Origin: Chloroflexota bacterium
Lineage (GTDB): Bacteria > Chloroflexota > Limnocylindria > QHBO01
Length of the DNA stretch: 45,080 bases
Assembly (NCBI GenBank): GCA_020848055.1
Contig: JADLBB010000227.1
Location: 1-45,080 of the forward strand
Direction of reading: 5' to 3'
A program made the position numbers and the translations under genes. This document shows positions 9,804 to 19,129 of this stretch, in pieces. The notes under the pieces were generated by a model, which saw nothing but the letters and a program-made list of their open reading frames with translations, was not told the DNA's origin and searched no databases. Numbering within the stretch: the stretch's first letter is position 1; every line of letters starts with the position of its first letter.

Positions 9804-11129
9804 CTAGTTGAGTCGCGCCTCGGCGAGCGCTGCGAGCTCGCGGGCGATTCGATCGATCTGGTGAGCGTCGTCGCCCTCGACCATGATCCGGATGGTTGGC
9901 TCGGTCCCGGACGGCCGAACGAGGACTCGCCCGCGCTGCCCCATCTCGAGGGCGGCGCGCTCGACGGCGGCCACGAAAGCATAGTCCGCCTGCCACTGAT
10001 CGCGGCGGCGGACAGCCGAGTTTAGCATCACCTGGGGCAGCCTTGGGATGCGGCCGGTCAGTTCGGAGAGCGGTAGCGAGGCGCCCCGCATGGCTCGCGC
10101 CAGCTCGATGGCGGTCAGGAGGCCGTCGCCGGTGGTCGAGCGGTCGCGAAAGATGATGTGGCCCGACTGCTCGCCCCCCAGCACGGCATCCTCGCGCTCC
10201 ATGGCCTCGAGCACGTGCCGGTCGCCGACCGGGGTTCGAACCATCCTGCCTCCCGCCTGAACGACGGCGCGCTCCAGGCCGCCGTTGCTCAGGACGGTCG
10301 CCACCAGGACGTTGTTGCGCAGCGTGCCGGCGGCCAGGCGCTCGAGCGCGCAGATGCCCATTACCGCGTCGCCGTCCACGATCACGCCACGCTCGTCCAC
10401 CGCGATCAGGCGATCCGCGTCTCCATCGAAGGCGAATCCCACGTCCAGCGCCGCGGCCGCAACGGTCTCAGCGAGGCGCTCCGGGTGGGTGGAGCCACAC
10501 CCGTCGTTGATGTTGATGCCGTTGGGCGCATCGAACAGGACCGTCACCTCTGCGCCCAGCGACCGGAACAATGCCGGGGCAACCCCACTGGCCGATCCGT
10601 TGGCGCAGTCGAGGCCGATGCGCAGGCCGTCGAACGTGCTGCCAGCGACCTCGCTCAGGTGGCCGAGGTAGCGCTCGATGGCGTCGGGGTCCGCCTGCAG
10701 CCGGCCCAGGCGGTCGTTTGGCGCGTCACCGCTCGCCGCGGCGTCGATCAGCGCGTCCAGCTCGGCCTCGGTTCGATCATCGGCCTTGCGGCCGCCAACC
10801 ACGACCTTGAGCCCGTTGTCCGGGGCGGGGTTGTGCGAGGCCGAGATCATGATCCCGGCCGCGTAGCGCGGGTCGCAACTGGCGTGGACCAGGCAGGGCG
10901 TCGTGACGATCCCAAGGTCGACCGTATCGGTCCCGGTGCCCGCGAGGCCGGCGGTCAACGCCGCGACCAGCATCTCGCCCGAACGGCGCGTGTCGCGGCC
11001 CACCACGACCGTCGAACCATGGCCCGCCAGCCGGCTGCCGACCGCCCGGCCGAGGGCAAGGGCCAGGTCGGCGGTGACCTCGTCACCGACCCGGCCGCGG
11101 ATGCCGTCGGTCCCGAAGCGTCCCGCCAT
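9804..11129 (-). CDS. glmM: phosphoglucosamine mutase
   Basis: 441 aa. FGTDGIRG N-terminus, active-site SASHNPAPDNGLK, GEQSGH. Confidence 0.96.
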   Translation of the reverse strand: MAGRFGTDGIRGRVGDEVTADLALALGRAVGSRLAGHGSTVVVGRDTRRSGEMLVAALTAGLAGTGTDTVDLGIVTTPCLVHASCDPRYAAGIMISASHNPAPDNGLKVVVGGRKADDRTEAELDALIDAAASGDAPNDRLGRLQADPDAIERYLGHLSEVAGSTFDGLRIGLDCANGSASGVAPALFRSLGAEVTVLFDAPNGININDGCGSTHPERLAETVAAAALDVGFAFDGDADRLIAVDERGVIVDGDAVMGICALERLAAGTLRNNVLVATVLSNGGLERAVVQAGGRMVRTPVGDRHVLEAMEREDAVLGGEQSGHIIFRDRSTTGDGLLTAIELARAMRGASLPLSELTGRIPRLPQVMLNSAVRRRDQWQADYAFVAAVERAALEMGQRGRVLVRPSGTEPTIRIMVEGDDAHQIDRIARELAALAEARLN

Positions 11130-11130
11130 C

Positions 11131-12372
11131 CTAGGGCGCCGGCGACCCGGAGGGCTCGGACGGCTCGACGATCGTCACCCGCACGCTGCCCGGCTGCAGG
11201 CTCAGAAGCTCCACTCCGGGCGGGAGGCCGGCCAGGCTCAGTTGCAGCGTGTAGCTGCCGCCGACGAGGCCGGTGACGTCCACGCTCGGGGTCACGTCGG
11301 ACGCGGATAGGGCGCTGAGCGCCGCGCCGCTGCCACTCAGGGTGACCGACACCCGCTCGATGCCCGGCAGGCAGGCGTTGTCGCCTGCCCCGGTGCACAC
11401 GACTCCGACGACGAAGGTGCGGCTGGACACCGAGGGACCGATGATGGCCTCCACGGTCACCGTGTCCTCCTCGCCGGTGGCCAGCCGGATGCCGTCCGGC
11501 AGCTGCAGGGCGACGTCGAAGGTCCGGGTCTCGGACAGGCCGTCGATGCTGATCGGTTCGGTGGCGATGGAGCGCACGTTCGATAGTTGCTCGGGAAGGC
11601 CGACGATGGTGACCAGGGCCGGTTCCACGCTGAGCTGCTCCAGCGCGAAGCCGGGTGCCGGAGCGCCGGACTCGACGACCGGTCGCACCGCGACCGTCGT
11701 TCGAGTCTCCACCGCGTTGACGTCAACCTGGACCGAGACCGACTCCGGATCGATGTCGATCATCCCCTCGCCGACCGGCTGGCCCTCGATGTCCACCGGC
11801 GTCACCGTGACGGCCTCGTTGATGTCGATGCCCGAAGCGGGAATGCTCACCAGGGCGACCACGCGATCGATGCGCTCGACGACCGATGCAGGTCCCCGCA
11901 CGGCGACCTGGGCAGGACTGGCCACCGGCCGTCCGATCTCGAGCCCATCGGGGATCGGGCCGGGCTCGACCTCGACGTTGATGGTGCGGGTCGCGATCCT
12001 GTCCACCGATACCCTCACCGACGACGGACTGACCGAGACGACCTCGATCCCGGTGCGCAGGGCCCGGACCGTGACCGGCAGCTGCTGTGGTTCCGGCGCC
12101 AGTTCCATGTCGTAGCGCGACACGTCCACCTGGGCCACGAAGTCGTCGGCGCTCAAGTTCGTCGCCGCACCGGCCGCGGCGCGGTAGCGCACCTCGGTCA
12201 GGCCGAGGTCGCCGGACAGCACGAATGCGTCGCGCGAGACGTTGACCTGGTCGATGCGCACCTGCAGGACGTCCTCCGAGAACGAGCCGGAGAAGACGAG
12301 GCCGGTGTACAGCGCCGTCGCCAGCAGCACGGCCGATAGCTTCAGTTGCCAGTTGCGAAATAGCCAGCGCAT
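11131..12372 (-). CDS. cdaR: YbbR-domain protein (CdaA regulator)
   Basis: 413 aa. N-terminal TM (WQLKLSAVLLATALYTGLV) followed by repeated beta-rich YbbR-like modules. Sits immediately downstream of cdaA and upstream of glmM, the conserved cdaA-cdaR-glmM arrangement. Confidence 0.8.
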   Translation of the reverse strand: MRWLFRNWQLKLSAVLLATALYTGLVFSGSFSEDVLQVRIDQVNVSRDAFVLSGDLGLTEVRYRAAAGAATNLSADDFVAQVDVSRYDMELAPEPQQLPVTVRALRTGIEVVSVSPSSVRVSVDRIATRTINVEVEPGPIPDGLEIGRPVASPAQVAVRGPASVVERIDRVVALVSIPASGIDINEAVTVTPVDIEGQPVGEGMIDIDPESVSVQVDVNAVETRTTVAVRPVVESGAPAPGFALEQLSVEPALVTIVGLPEQLSNVRSIATEPISIDGLSETRTFDVALQLPDGIRLATGEEDTVTVEAIIGPSVSSRTFVVGVVCTGAGDNACLPGIERVSVTLSGSGAALSALSASDVTPSVDVTGLVGGSYTLQLSLAGLPPGVELLSLQPGSVRVTIVEPSEPSGSPAP

Positions 12373-12373
12373 G

Positions 12374-13288
12374 TCAGTGCCTCGCCACCACGCGCGCCTC
12401 GGGATCTATCGGCTCAGCCTCGTCGGACGGCTCGTCGGGGTGCAACTGCCATCGGCCGTCGACCGAGCGGCGCAGGAAGCCGATGGCCCGTCGCGGCGCC
12501 TGGGGCCGGATCAGGTTGAACAGGCGGCGGCGCAGCTGGTCCTCGGTCAGGTTGCGCTCGATGCGGCCGCGCACCACCACGCTGATCGAGCCCGACTCCT
12601 CGCTGACCACCACGACCACCGCATCGGTCTGCTCGCTGATGCCGATCGCCGCGCGGTGGCGCGTGCCGTAGCGCTCGCTGTCGAGCACGGTCTGGCTCAT
12701 CGGCAGCAGCACCCCGGCGGCGGTGATCCGCTCGCCCGACACGATCACCGCGCCGTCATGCAATGCCGTGCCGCGGTAGAAGATCGTCACCAGCAGCTCG
12801 GCGCGCAGGTCGGCGTGGATCGGCACTCCCGACTCGGCGGCCAGGTCCTGCAGCCCCGTCTCTCGCTCCAGCGCGATGAGCGCGCCGTGCCTCGATCCGG
12901 CCAGGATGCGCGCCGCGCGGCTGATCTCGCGGGCGACCCGCTCGGCGCTGGCCACCTCGCTGCTGACGAAGAAGCGATTCACGCTGCCGATGCGCCCGAT
13001 CTGCTCGAGAGCGCGACGCAGCTCCGGTTGGAAGACGACCACGATGGCGAACAGGCCGGCCAGCGCGGCGCTCTCCATGAGGGTGCGCAGCAGCTCCAGG
13101 CCGAAGAACACCGCGGCCAGGTAGACCAGGTACAGGATCGACAGCCCGATGACGATCCGCACCGCGCGCGTGCCGCGGATCAGGATGAACAGCCAGTAGA
13201 TGACGATCGATACCAGCCCGATGTCGATGATCGACGTCCAGCTGCCCATCAGGTAGGTGTTGAAGAAGTCGCGGATCGCGTCGATCAC
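12374..13288 (-). CDS. cdaA: diadenylate cyclase, CdaA type (membrane-bound DAC domain)
   Basis: 304 aa with GTG start at 13288. Three N-terminal TM segments, then a DAC domain with GALIALE, ALHDGAVIV (DGA motif), GTRHRAA (RHR motif) and VVVVSEESGSISV. Confidence 0.92.
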   Translation of the reverse strand: MIDAIRDFFNTYLMGSWTSIIDIGLVSIVIYWLFILIRGTRAVRIVIGLSILYLVYLAAVFFGLELLRTLMESAALAGLFAIVVVFQPELRRALEQIGRIGSVNRFFVSSEVASAERVAREISRAARILAGSRHGALIALERETGLQDLAAESGVPIHADLRAELLVTIFYRGTALHDGAVIVSGERITAAGVLLPMSQTVLDSERYGTRHRAAIGISEQTDAVVVVVSEESGSISVVVRGRIERNLTEDQLRRRLFNLIRPQAPRRAIGFLRRSVDGRWQLHPDEPSDEAEPIDPEARVVARH

Positions 13289-13330
13289 AAGGATTTCGTG
13301 CCTGCGTCATCCAGCGGCGATGGGAGGTCG

Positions 13331-13339
13331 ATGATACCA
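13331..13339 (-). promoter_or_regulatory. possible extended -10 element (TGGTATCAT) for the cdaA operon
   Basis: The minus strand reads ...CTCTTTGGTATCATCGACC..., about 45 nt upstream of the cdaA GTG. No convincing -35. Confidence 0.3.
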
Positions 13340-13365
13340 AAGAGCCCCGGCGATTCTGCCGGGGC
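13337..13365 (-). terminator. intrinsic-terminator-like hairpin after rpsI
   Basis: The minus strand reads GCCCCGGC-AGAATC-GCCGGGGC (perfect 8-bp GC stem) followed by TCTTTGG. It lies about 19 nt after the rpsI stop. Confidence 0.6.
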
Positions 13366-13383
13366 CCCGTGGGTGGCGGTGGA

Positions 13384-13776
13384 TCAGCGCTTGGTGTACT
13401 GCGGCGCCTTGCGCGCGCGCTTGAGCCCGTACTTCTTGCGCTCCTTGGCCCGCGGATCGCGGGTCAGCAGGCCCGCCTCGCGCAGGGCGCCGCGGGCGTC
13501 CGGCAGGGCGCTGAGCAGCGCACGGGCAATGCCGTGGCGAATCGCGCCGACCTGCCCGGAGACGCCGCCACCGGCGACCAGGACGCTGGCCGAGTAGCGA
13601 CCCTCGGTGTCGGTGACGCGGAACGGCAGGACCAGGGCCGAGCGGCCCGCGGCTCCTCCGAAGTACTCGTCGGAGGGCTTGCCATTGACGATGATGCTGC
13701 CGTCGCCCGGCAGCAGCCGGACGCGTGCCACGGCGGTCTTGCGACGGCCGGTGCCGTAGACGTAATTCGTGCTCAT
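13384..13776 (-). CDS. rpsI: 30S ribosomal protein S9
   Basis: 130 aa. [12 protein letters not shown]... and C-terminal ...RKAPQYTKR. Confidence 0.97.
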   Translation of the reverse strand: MSTNYVYGTGRRKTAVARVRLLPGDGSIIVNGKPSDEYFGGAAGRSALVLPFRVTDTEGRYSASVLVAGGGVSGQVGAIRHGIARALLSALPDARGALREAGLLTRDPRAKERKKYGLKRARKAPQYTKR

Positions 13777-13784
13777 GTGCTCTG

Positions 13785-14213
13785 TTACAGCTCCACTGTG
13801 ATCGGCTGCTGGGCCTGGTGCGGATGCTCGGAGCCGCGGTAGACCTTCAGCTTGCGGAACATGGCCCGGCCGAGCCGGTTCTGGGGCAGCATGCCCTTGA
13901 CCGCGCGCTCAATGACCAGCTCGGGCTTGCGCTCCAGCAGCGTCCCGAGGCTCTCCTCGCGCAGTCCGCCGGGATAGTTCGAATGACGGAAGTAGGACTT
14001 CTGGCGCAGCTTGTCGCCAGTCACGCGGATGCTGCCCGCGTTGAGGACCACGACGTGGTCCCCGGTATCGAGGTGGGGCGAGTAGGTCGGCTTGTGCTTG
14101 CCCTCGAGCAGGGTGGCGATGCGCGTCGCCAGCCGGCCGAGAGTCTGGTCGGTCGCATCAACGACCCACCAGCCGCGCTCGATCTCGCTCGCCTTGACGG
14201 CGTAGGTCTTCAC
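13785..14213 (-). CDS. rplM: 50S ribosomal protein L13
   Basis: 142 aa. [16 protein letters not shown]...[15 protein letters not shown]. Confidence 0.97.
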   Translation of the reverse strand: MKTYAVKASEIERGWWVVDATDQTLGRLATRIATLLEGKHKPTYSPHLDTGDHVVVLNAGSIRVTGDKLRQKSYFRHSNYPGGLREESLGTLLERKPELVIERAVKGMLPQNRLGRAMFRKLKVYRGSEHPHQAQQPITVEL

Positions 14214-14225
14214 TTTGCCTGCTCT

Positions 14226-15023
14226 CTAACTGCTTGGTTGCGATTTTCGGTTGATCTGGCTGACCTGCCGGTACACGACGCGCTCGAGCACGAGGCCCCT
14301 GGCCGGCACCGCGCGCCCATGCAGCGCACGTCGCCTGGGATCGAGCACCTCGTCCACCTCCTCCGGCGCCAGCCGCCCCCGGCCGACCTCCAACAGGAGG
14401 GCGACCAGGCTGCGCACCATGCGTCGCAGGAATGCGTTGGCCGTGACCCGGATCTCGACGAGGTCTCCGCGCCGCGTCACCCGCACCTCGGCGAGGTGCC
14501 GAACCGTCCGGTCGCGCGCATGGCTGCCGAGGGCCGCGAAGTCGCGCTCCCCGACCATGCGTGCCGCGGCGGCCTGCATGGCCGCCACGTCGAGACGATC
14601 GTCGATCTCGAGCGTGCGATGCCGCTCCAGCGGCTGCCTCGTGCCGTTCATTCGCACCCGGTAGCGGTACACGCGCCACAGCGCGTCCCGCCTCGGATCG
14701 AATTGCGGCCCGACGCTCCGCAGTGCGCGCACTGCCAGGTCCGATGGCAGCGCGGCGTTGAGCCGTCGCTGCAGCTCTGGCAGGCCGCCGCCGCGCGGGA
14801 TGACCCGCGGGACGCGGAATGCCGCGACCTGGCCGGTGGCGTGCACCCCGGCATCGGTACGCCCGGCGAGACGGACGCGCGTCCGCTCGCCGATCAGCCT
14901 GTTAAGGGCCGTCTCCAGCTCCCCCTGCACGGTCCTGGCATTCGGCTGGACCTGGGAGCCGGCGAAGGCCGACCCGTCGTACTCGATGGTCGCCCGGACG
15001 CTTCGCTGCGCGCGGGTGGCCAT
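14226..15023 (-). CDS. truA: tRNA pseudouridine(38-40) synthase
   Basis: Track ORF 14226..15491 trimmed to the ATG at 15023..15021 (MATRAQRSVRATIEYDGSAFAGSQVQ...). Catalytic RTDAGVHA motif present. Confidence 0.92.
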   Translation of the reverse strand: MATRAQRSVRATIEYDGSAFAGSQVQPNARTVQGELETALNRLIGERTRVRLAGRTDAGVHATGQVAAFRVPRVIPRGGGLPELQRRLNAALPSDLAVRALRSVGPQFDPRRDALWRVYRYRVRMNGTRQPLERHRTLEIDDRLDVAAMQAAAARMVGERDFAALGSHARDRTVRHLAEVRVTRRGDLVEIRVTANAFLRRMVRSLVALLLEVGRGRLAPEEVDEVLDPRRRALHGRAVPARGLVLERVVYRQVSQINRKSQPSS

Positions 15024-15061
15024 CGGGTGTGATCGGTGTTCGATTGGCGAGCCCGTCCGAA

Positions 15062-15415
15062 TCAGACGAGCTCGATCTGGACCATGGACGCGGCGTCGCC
15101 GGCGCGCTGGCCGATCTTGACGATCCGCGTGAAGCCCGAGGCCCGGTCGGCGTACTTGCCGGCCAGCTCGCCCATGAGCTTCTCGACGATGAGCGGCTCG
15201 TGAGGCATCCGGCCGACCAGCTGACGGCGAGCGTGCAGGTCGCCGCGCTTGGCGAGGGTGATCATGCCGTCCACCAGGCCGCGCACCTCCTTGGCCTTGG
15301 CCTCGGTCGTGCGCACCCGCTCGTAGCGAATGACCGCGACGGCCAGGTTGCCCAACATCGCCGTGCGATGGTCGGTGGTTCGGCCGAGCTTCCGTCCGGA
15401 TGTGCGGTGCGTCAC
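15062..15415 (-). CDS. rplQ: 50S ribosomal protein L17
   Basis: 117 aa. GRKLGRTTDHRTAMLGNL...TTEAKAKE. Confidence 0.97.
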   Translation of the reverse strand: MTHRTSGRKLGRTTDHRTAMLGNLAVAVIRYERVRTTEAKAKEVRGLVDGMITLAKRGDLHARRQLVGRMPHEPLIVEKLMGELAGKYADRASGFTRIVKIGQRAGDAASMVQIELV

Positions 15416-15420
15416 CTCGA

Positions 15421-16464
15421 TCAGGCCTCGCGGTCGAGTTCGGCCGCCGCGGCCTCGTCGAGCTCGGCCGATGCGGGCAGGTCGGACTCATCGGTGCTCA
15501 TGGCAGCCGACTCGGGACTGATGAAGCCGCGCAGCGCAAGGCGCTCCTTGAGCTCATCGAGGCTCTTCTGGCCGAAGTTGCGCATGCGCAGGAACTCGTC
15601 GTCCGATAGCGACAGCACCTGGCCGACCTTGGTGATCGAGTTGCGCTTCAGGCTGTTGTACGCCCGCATCGGCAGGTCGAGCTCCTCGATCGGCGCGTCG
15701 AGCATGTTCGCCGATGGCGATGCCGCCTCGTCCGCCGCGCCAGCGGAGGCGGGGCGACCGATCTCGGCGAAGCGACCGAACTCGCGCACCAGGATGTCCG
15801 CGGCCTGGCTGAGGGCGGCCTGCGCGGTGGTGGTGCCATCGGTCTCGATCTCGAGCGTCAGCTTGTCGAAGTTGGTCATCTGGCCCACGCGCGTCTTCTC
15901 CACCCCGTAGTTGACGCGACGGACCGGCGAGAAGATGGCATCGACCGGGATGACGCCGATCGGCATCTCCTCGGTGTGCTCGGCCGGTCGGTAACCCATG
16001 CCCGTCTCGACGGTCAGGTCCATCTCGATGGAGCCCGAATCGGAGTCGAGCGTCAGCAGGACGAGGTCCGGGTTGATGATCTCGACGTCGGCGGACTCAC
16101 CGATGTCCGCCGCGGTGACCGGGCCGGCACCGCGCTTGACGAGCTTGAGCGTCAGCGCGTGATGGGCGAAGGAACGCAGGCGCAACTTCTTGACGTTGAG
16201 CACGATCTGGGTAACGTCCTCCTTGACGTTGGGGATCGTGCTGAACTCGTGGAAGATGCCCGCGACCTGGATGTTGGTCACGGCGGCGCCCTCCAGCGAG
16301 CTGAGCAGGACGCGGCGCAGGGCGTTCCCGAGCGTCACGCCATATCCCTCCTGGAGCGGCGTCACCTCGAAATGGCTGAGCGTTCCCTCGGCGCGCACCT
16401 CTTCGATGCGCGGCTCCGGAATGGGCTGCTCGTGCTGCTGTGGTGTTGTCTCGAGATCGATCAT
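15421..16464 (-). CDS. rpoA: DNA-directed RNA polymerase subunit alpha
   Basis: Track ORF trimmed to the ATG at 16464 (MIDLETTPQQ...). GNALRRVLLSS motif, plus C-terminal domain LDLPMRAYNSLKRNSITKVGQV. Confidence 0.96.
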   Translation of the reverse strand: MIDLETTPQQHEQPIPEPRIEEVRAEGTLSHFEVTPLQEGYGVTLGNALRRVLLSSLEGAAVTNIQVAGIFHEFSTIPNVKEDVTQIVLNVKKLRLRSFAHHALTLKLVKRGAGPVTAADIGESADVEIINPDLVLLTLDSDSGSIEMDLTVETGMGYRPAEHTEEMPIGVIPVDAIFSPVRRVNYGVEKTRVGQMTNFDKLTLEIETDGTTTAQAALSQAADILVREFGRFAEIGRPASAGAADEAASPSANMLDAPIEELDLPMRAYNSLKRNSITKVGQVLSLSDDEFLRMRNFGQKSLDELKERLALRGFISPESAAMSTDESDLPASAELDEAAAAELDREA

Positions 16465-16480
16465 TGGATGCGATTGACTC

Positions 16481-17107
16481 CTAGCGCGAGTAGTACTCGA
16501 CGACGAGCTGCTCGTTGAACTCGAGCGGCATCTGCTCGCGCGCCGGTTCGGCAAGCACGGTTCCCGACAGCTTTGCCGGATCGACGCTCACCCACTCGGG
16601 GACCTGGGCCGCCCGGATGACCTCGGCGGCGGACTTGAAGTACTCGCGTCCGCGGCGGCTCTCACGGACCTCGATCCGGTCGCCGACCTTGGTCGCGAAG
16701 CTGGGGACGTTGGTGGGGCGGCCGTTGACCGCGAAGTGGCCGTGCGTGACCAGCTGGCGCGCCTGTGAGCGGCTGGTGGCGAAGCCCATGCGAAACACGA
16801 CGTTGTCGAGTCGCATCTCGAGCATCCGCAGCAGGTTCTCGCCGGTCACGCCCTTGCGCGCATCGGCCTTGGCGAAGTAATTGCGGAACTGGCGCTCCAG
16901 GACCGAGTAACTCTTGCGGACCTTCTGCTTCTCGCGCAACTGGAGGCCGTACTCGCTCACCTTGCGGCGGCGCATGGTGTTCATGCCCGGCGGCGAGCTG
17001 CGACGCTCGAAGGCGCACTTGCGGCTGTAGCAGCGGCTGCCCTTCAGGAAGAGCTTGAGGCCCTCCCGGCGGCAGATGCGGCAGACCGCGTCGGTGTAGC
17101 GTGCCAT
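16481..17107 (-). CDS. rpsD: 30S ribosomal protein S4 (Cys4 zinc-type N-terminus)
   Basis: 208 aa. [16 protein letters not shown]...RCYSRKC. Confidence 0.97.
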   Translation of the reverse strand: MARYTDAVCRICRREGLKLFLKGSRCYSRKCAFERRSSPPGMNTMRRRKVSEYGLQLREKQKVRKSYSVLERQFRNYFAKADARKGVTGENLLRMLEMRLDNVVFRMGFATSRSQARQLVTHGHFAVNGRPTNVPSFATKVGDRIEVRESRRGREYFKSAAEVIRAAQVPEWVSVDPAKLSGTVLAEPAREQMPLEFNEQLVVEYYSR

Positions 17108-17116
17108 CTCGACCCC

Positions 17117-17512
17117 CTACACCCGGCGCCGCTTGGGAGGGCGGCAGCCGTTGTGCGGGATGGGCGTCACATCGGTGATGGCAGTCACCTCGAGCCCGGC
17201 GGCCTGCAGGGAGCGGATCGCCTGCTCGCGTCCACCCCCGGGTCCCTTGACGAAGACCTCGATCTGGCGCATGCCGTGCTCCATGGCCCGCCTGGCGGCG
17301 AGATCGGCGGTCTGTGCGGCGGCGAACGGGGTGCTCTTGCGGGAGCCCTTGAATCCGACAAGTCCGGCGCTGCCCCAGCTGATGACGTTACCGATGGGGT
17401 CGGTGATGGTCACGATCGTGTTGTTGAACGTGGACTGGATGTGCGCGTGCCCCGCCGGCACGTTCTTTCGCTCGCGCTTCTTGCCGCGCTGAGCGCGCTT
17501 ACGTTCTGCCAT
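17117..17512 (-). CDS. rpsK: 30S ribosomal protein S11
   Basis: 131 aa. [15 protein letters not shown]...[10 protein letters not shown]. Confidence 0.97.
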   Translation of the reverse strand: MAERKRAQRGKKRERKNVPAGHAHIQSTFNNTIVTITDPIGNVISWGSAGLVGFKGSRKSTPFAAAQTADLAARRAMEHGMRQIEVFVKGPGGGREQAIRSLQAAGLEVTAITDVTPIPHNGCRPPKRRRV

Positions 17513-17522
17513 GAGACTCCCG

Positions 17523-17894
17523 TTACTTCTTGCGGCGCACGCCGACCGTCTTCTTGGCGCCGCGGCGCTGTCGCGCGTTGGTCTTGGTTCGCTGCCCGCG
17601 CACCGGCAGGTTGCGCCGGTGACGCAGTCCGCGGTACGACCCGATCTCCATCAGGCGCTTGACGTTGAGGCTGACCTCCCGACGGAGGTCGCCCTCGACC
17701 TTGAACTGGCGGTCGACGATCTCGCGGATGCGGTTGACCTCGTCATCGGTCAGGTCGCGCACGCGCGTGTCCGCCGAAACGTTGGCCGCGCCGATGACCC
17801 TGGCGGCGGAGGTGGGGCCGATGCCGTGGATGTAGGTGAGGCTGACGACCACGCGCTTGTCGCGCGGGATGTCGACGCCGGCAATACGAGCCAC
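17523..17894 (-). CDS. rpsM: 30S ribosomal protein S13
   Basis: 123 aa. [23 protein letters not shown]. Confidence 0.97.
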   Translation of the reverse strand: MARIAGVDIPRDKRVVVSLTYIHGIGPTSAARVIGAANVSADTRVRDLTDDEVNRIREIVDRQFKVEGDLRREVSLNVKRLMEIGSYRGLRHRRNLPVRGQRTKTNARQRRGAKKTVGVRRKK

Positions 17895-17901
17895 GATCAG
17901 C

Positions 17902-18015
17902 CTACCCCTGTCGCTGCTTGTGCTTGGGGATGACGCAGATGACCATCACCACGCCCGAGCGCTTGATGACCTTGCAGCGCTCGCAGCGGGGCTTCACGGA
18001 CGCAGAAACCTTCAT
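17902..18015 (-). CDS. rpmJ: 50S ribosomal protein L36
   Basis: Not in the ORF track because it is under 60 aa. My translation is [37 protein letters not shown] (37 aa). ATG 18015..18013 overlaps the infA TGA (ATGA). TAG stop at 17904..17902. Confidence 0.95.
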   Translation of the reverse strand: MKVSASVKPRCERCKVIKRSGVVMVICVIPKHKQRQG

Positions 18016-18230
18016 CTCATCCTGTACGTGATGCGACCCCGGGTGAGGTCATAGGGACTCAGCTCGACTCGGACGGTGTCGCCGGGCAGGATGCGGATGA
18101 AGTTCTGGCGCAGCTTGCCGGAGATGTGCGCGAGCACCTCGTGCCCGTTCTCCAGTCGCACCTTGAACATCGCGTTGGGCAGGGGCAGGACGACCTCGCC
18201 CTCTACCTCGATTGCATCCTTCTTCGCCAA
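18012..18230 (-). CDS. infA: translation initiation factor IF-1
   Basis: 72 aa (M)[12 protein letters not shown]... Start codon is TTG (plus-strand caa at 18228..18230). Confidence 0.97.
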   Translation of the reverse strand: MAKKDAIEVEGEVVLPLPNAMFKVRLENGHEVLAHISGKLRQNFIRILPGDTVRVELSPYDLTRGRITYRMR

Positions 18231-18275
18231 GCGCTACGCACCCCGAAACCGGCATTGATCAATTGGAATGGGATT

Positions 18276-18307
18276 GACACACAGAAAGGCCGCCGCACTC
18301 GGCGACC
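18276..18307 (-). promoter_or_regulatory. 5'-leader hairpin plus GU-rich tract upstream of infA
   Basis: The minus strand reads GGTCGCCG-AGTG-CGGCGGCC (8 bp including one G-U) followed directly by TTTCTGTGTGTC. It begins about 10 nt after the TATACT box. Confidence 0.45.
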
Positions 18308-18316
18308 CGAACCGGG

Positions 18317-18346
18317 AGTATACATCACCTGGCGGTCGAGGCACAA
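18317..18346 (-). promoter_or_regulatory. candidate promoter for infA-rpmJ-rpsM... (TTGTGC-18 nt-TATACT)
   Basis: -10 TATACTCC is identical to the rpsL promoter -10 and discriminator. The -35 is weak (3/6). Confidence 0.45.
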
Positions 18347-18352
18347 GACGGC

Positions 18353-19129
18353 TCATCGGCCCGCGGTGAGCAGCTCGGGGCCGCCGGCGGTGACGGCGAT
18401 GGTGTTCTCGAAATGCGCCGATGTCGCGCCATCCGCGGTCCGGACGGTCCAGCCATCGTCGGCGACGTAGACCTCGTCCCCGCCCAGGTTGAACATGGGC
18501 TCGATGGCGAAGCACATGCCCTCCTCGATGAGCATGCCGGTGCCGGGGCGGCCGTAGTTGGGGACCTGGGGATCCTCGTGCATGGCGCGACCGATGCCAT
18601 GCCCCACGAACGGGCGAACGATGCCGTACCCATGCTGGTGAGCGACGGACTCGATCGCGTGCCCGACGTCCCCGAGGCGGTTGCCCGCCACGGCGGCAGC
18701 GATCCCCGCCTCCATCCCCCGCCGCGTGGCATCGATCAGCTCGGACAGGTCACGCGGCACGCGCCCGACCGGCCAGGTCCGGGCACAGTCGCCGTGCCAG
18801 CCGTCGAGGATGCAGCCGATGTCGATGCTCACGATGTCACCGTCGGCCAGGCGGCGGCGCGACGACGGGATGCCGTGGACGACCTCATCGTTGATACTGG
18901 CGCAGATGACGCCGGGGAACGGCGGGTTGGCCCCGTAGCCAAGAAAGGAGCTGACCGCACCCGCCTCGGTGATCATGCGCGCCGCGATCCGGTCCAGGTC
19001 GGCGGTGCTGACGCCGGGGCGAATCTCCGCCCGCAGGACGTCGAGGATGTCGGCCAGTACCGCACCGGCCGCGCGCATCGACTCGATCTCGGCCGGCCGC
19101 TTGATGGTGACGGCGCTCGCTCCTCTCAT
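18353..19129 (-). CDS. map: type I methionine aminopeptidase
   Basis: Track ORF trimmed to the ATG at 19129..19127, which overlaps the adk TGA (ATGA). MRGASAVTIKRPAEIESMR... Metal ligands occur in ...DIVSIDIG... and HGIG. Confidence 0.94.
   Translation of the reverse strand: MRGASAVTIKRPAEIESMRAAGAVLADILDVLRAEIRPGVSTADLDRIAARMITEAGAVSSFLGYGANPPFPGVICASINDEVVHGIPSSRRRLADGDIVSIDIGCILDGWHGDCARTWPVGRVPRDLSELIDATRRGMEAGIAAAVAGNRLGDVGHAIESVAHQHGYGIVRPFVGHGIGRAMHEDPQVPNYGRPGTGMLIEEGMCFAIEPMFNLGGDEVYVADDGWTVRTADGATSAHFENTIAVTAGGPELLTAGR

Noticed and set aside
13289-13383. c-di-AMP (ydaO-type) or other riboswitch in front of cdaA.
   Set aside because: The spacer is only 95 nt. It is accounted for by the rpsI terminator hairpin and a -10-like box, and is too short for that riboswitch class.
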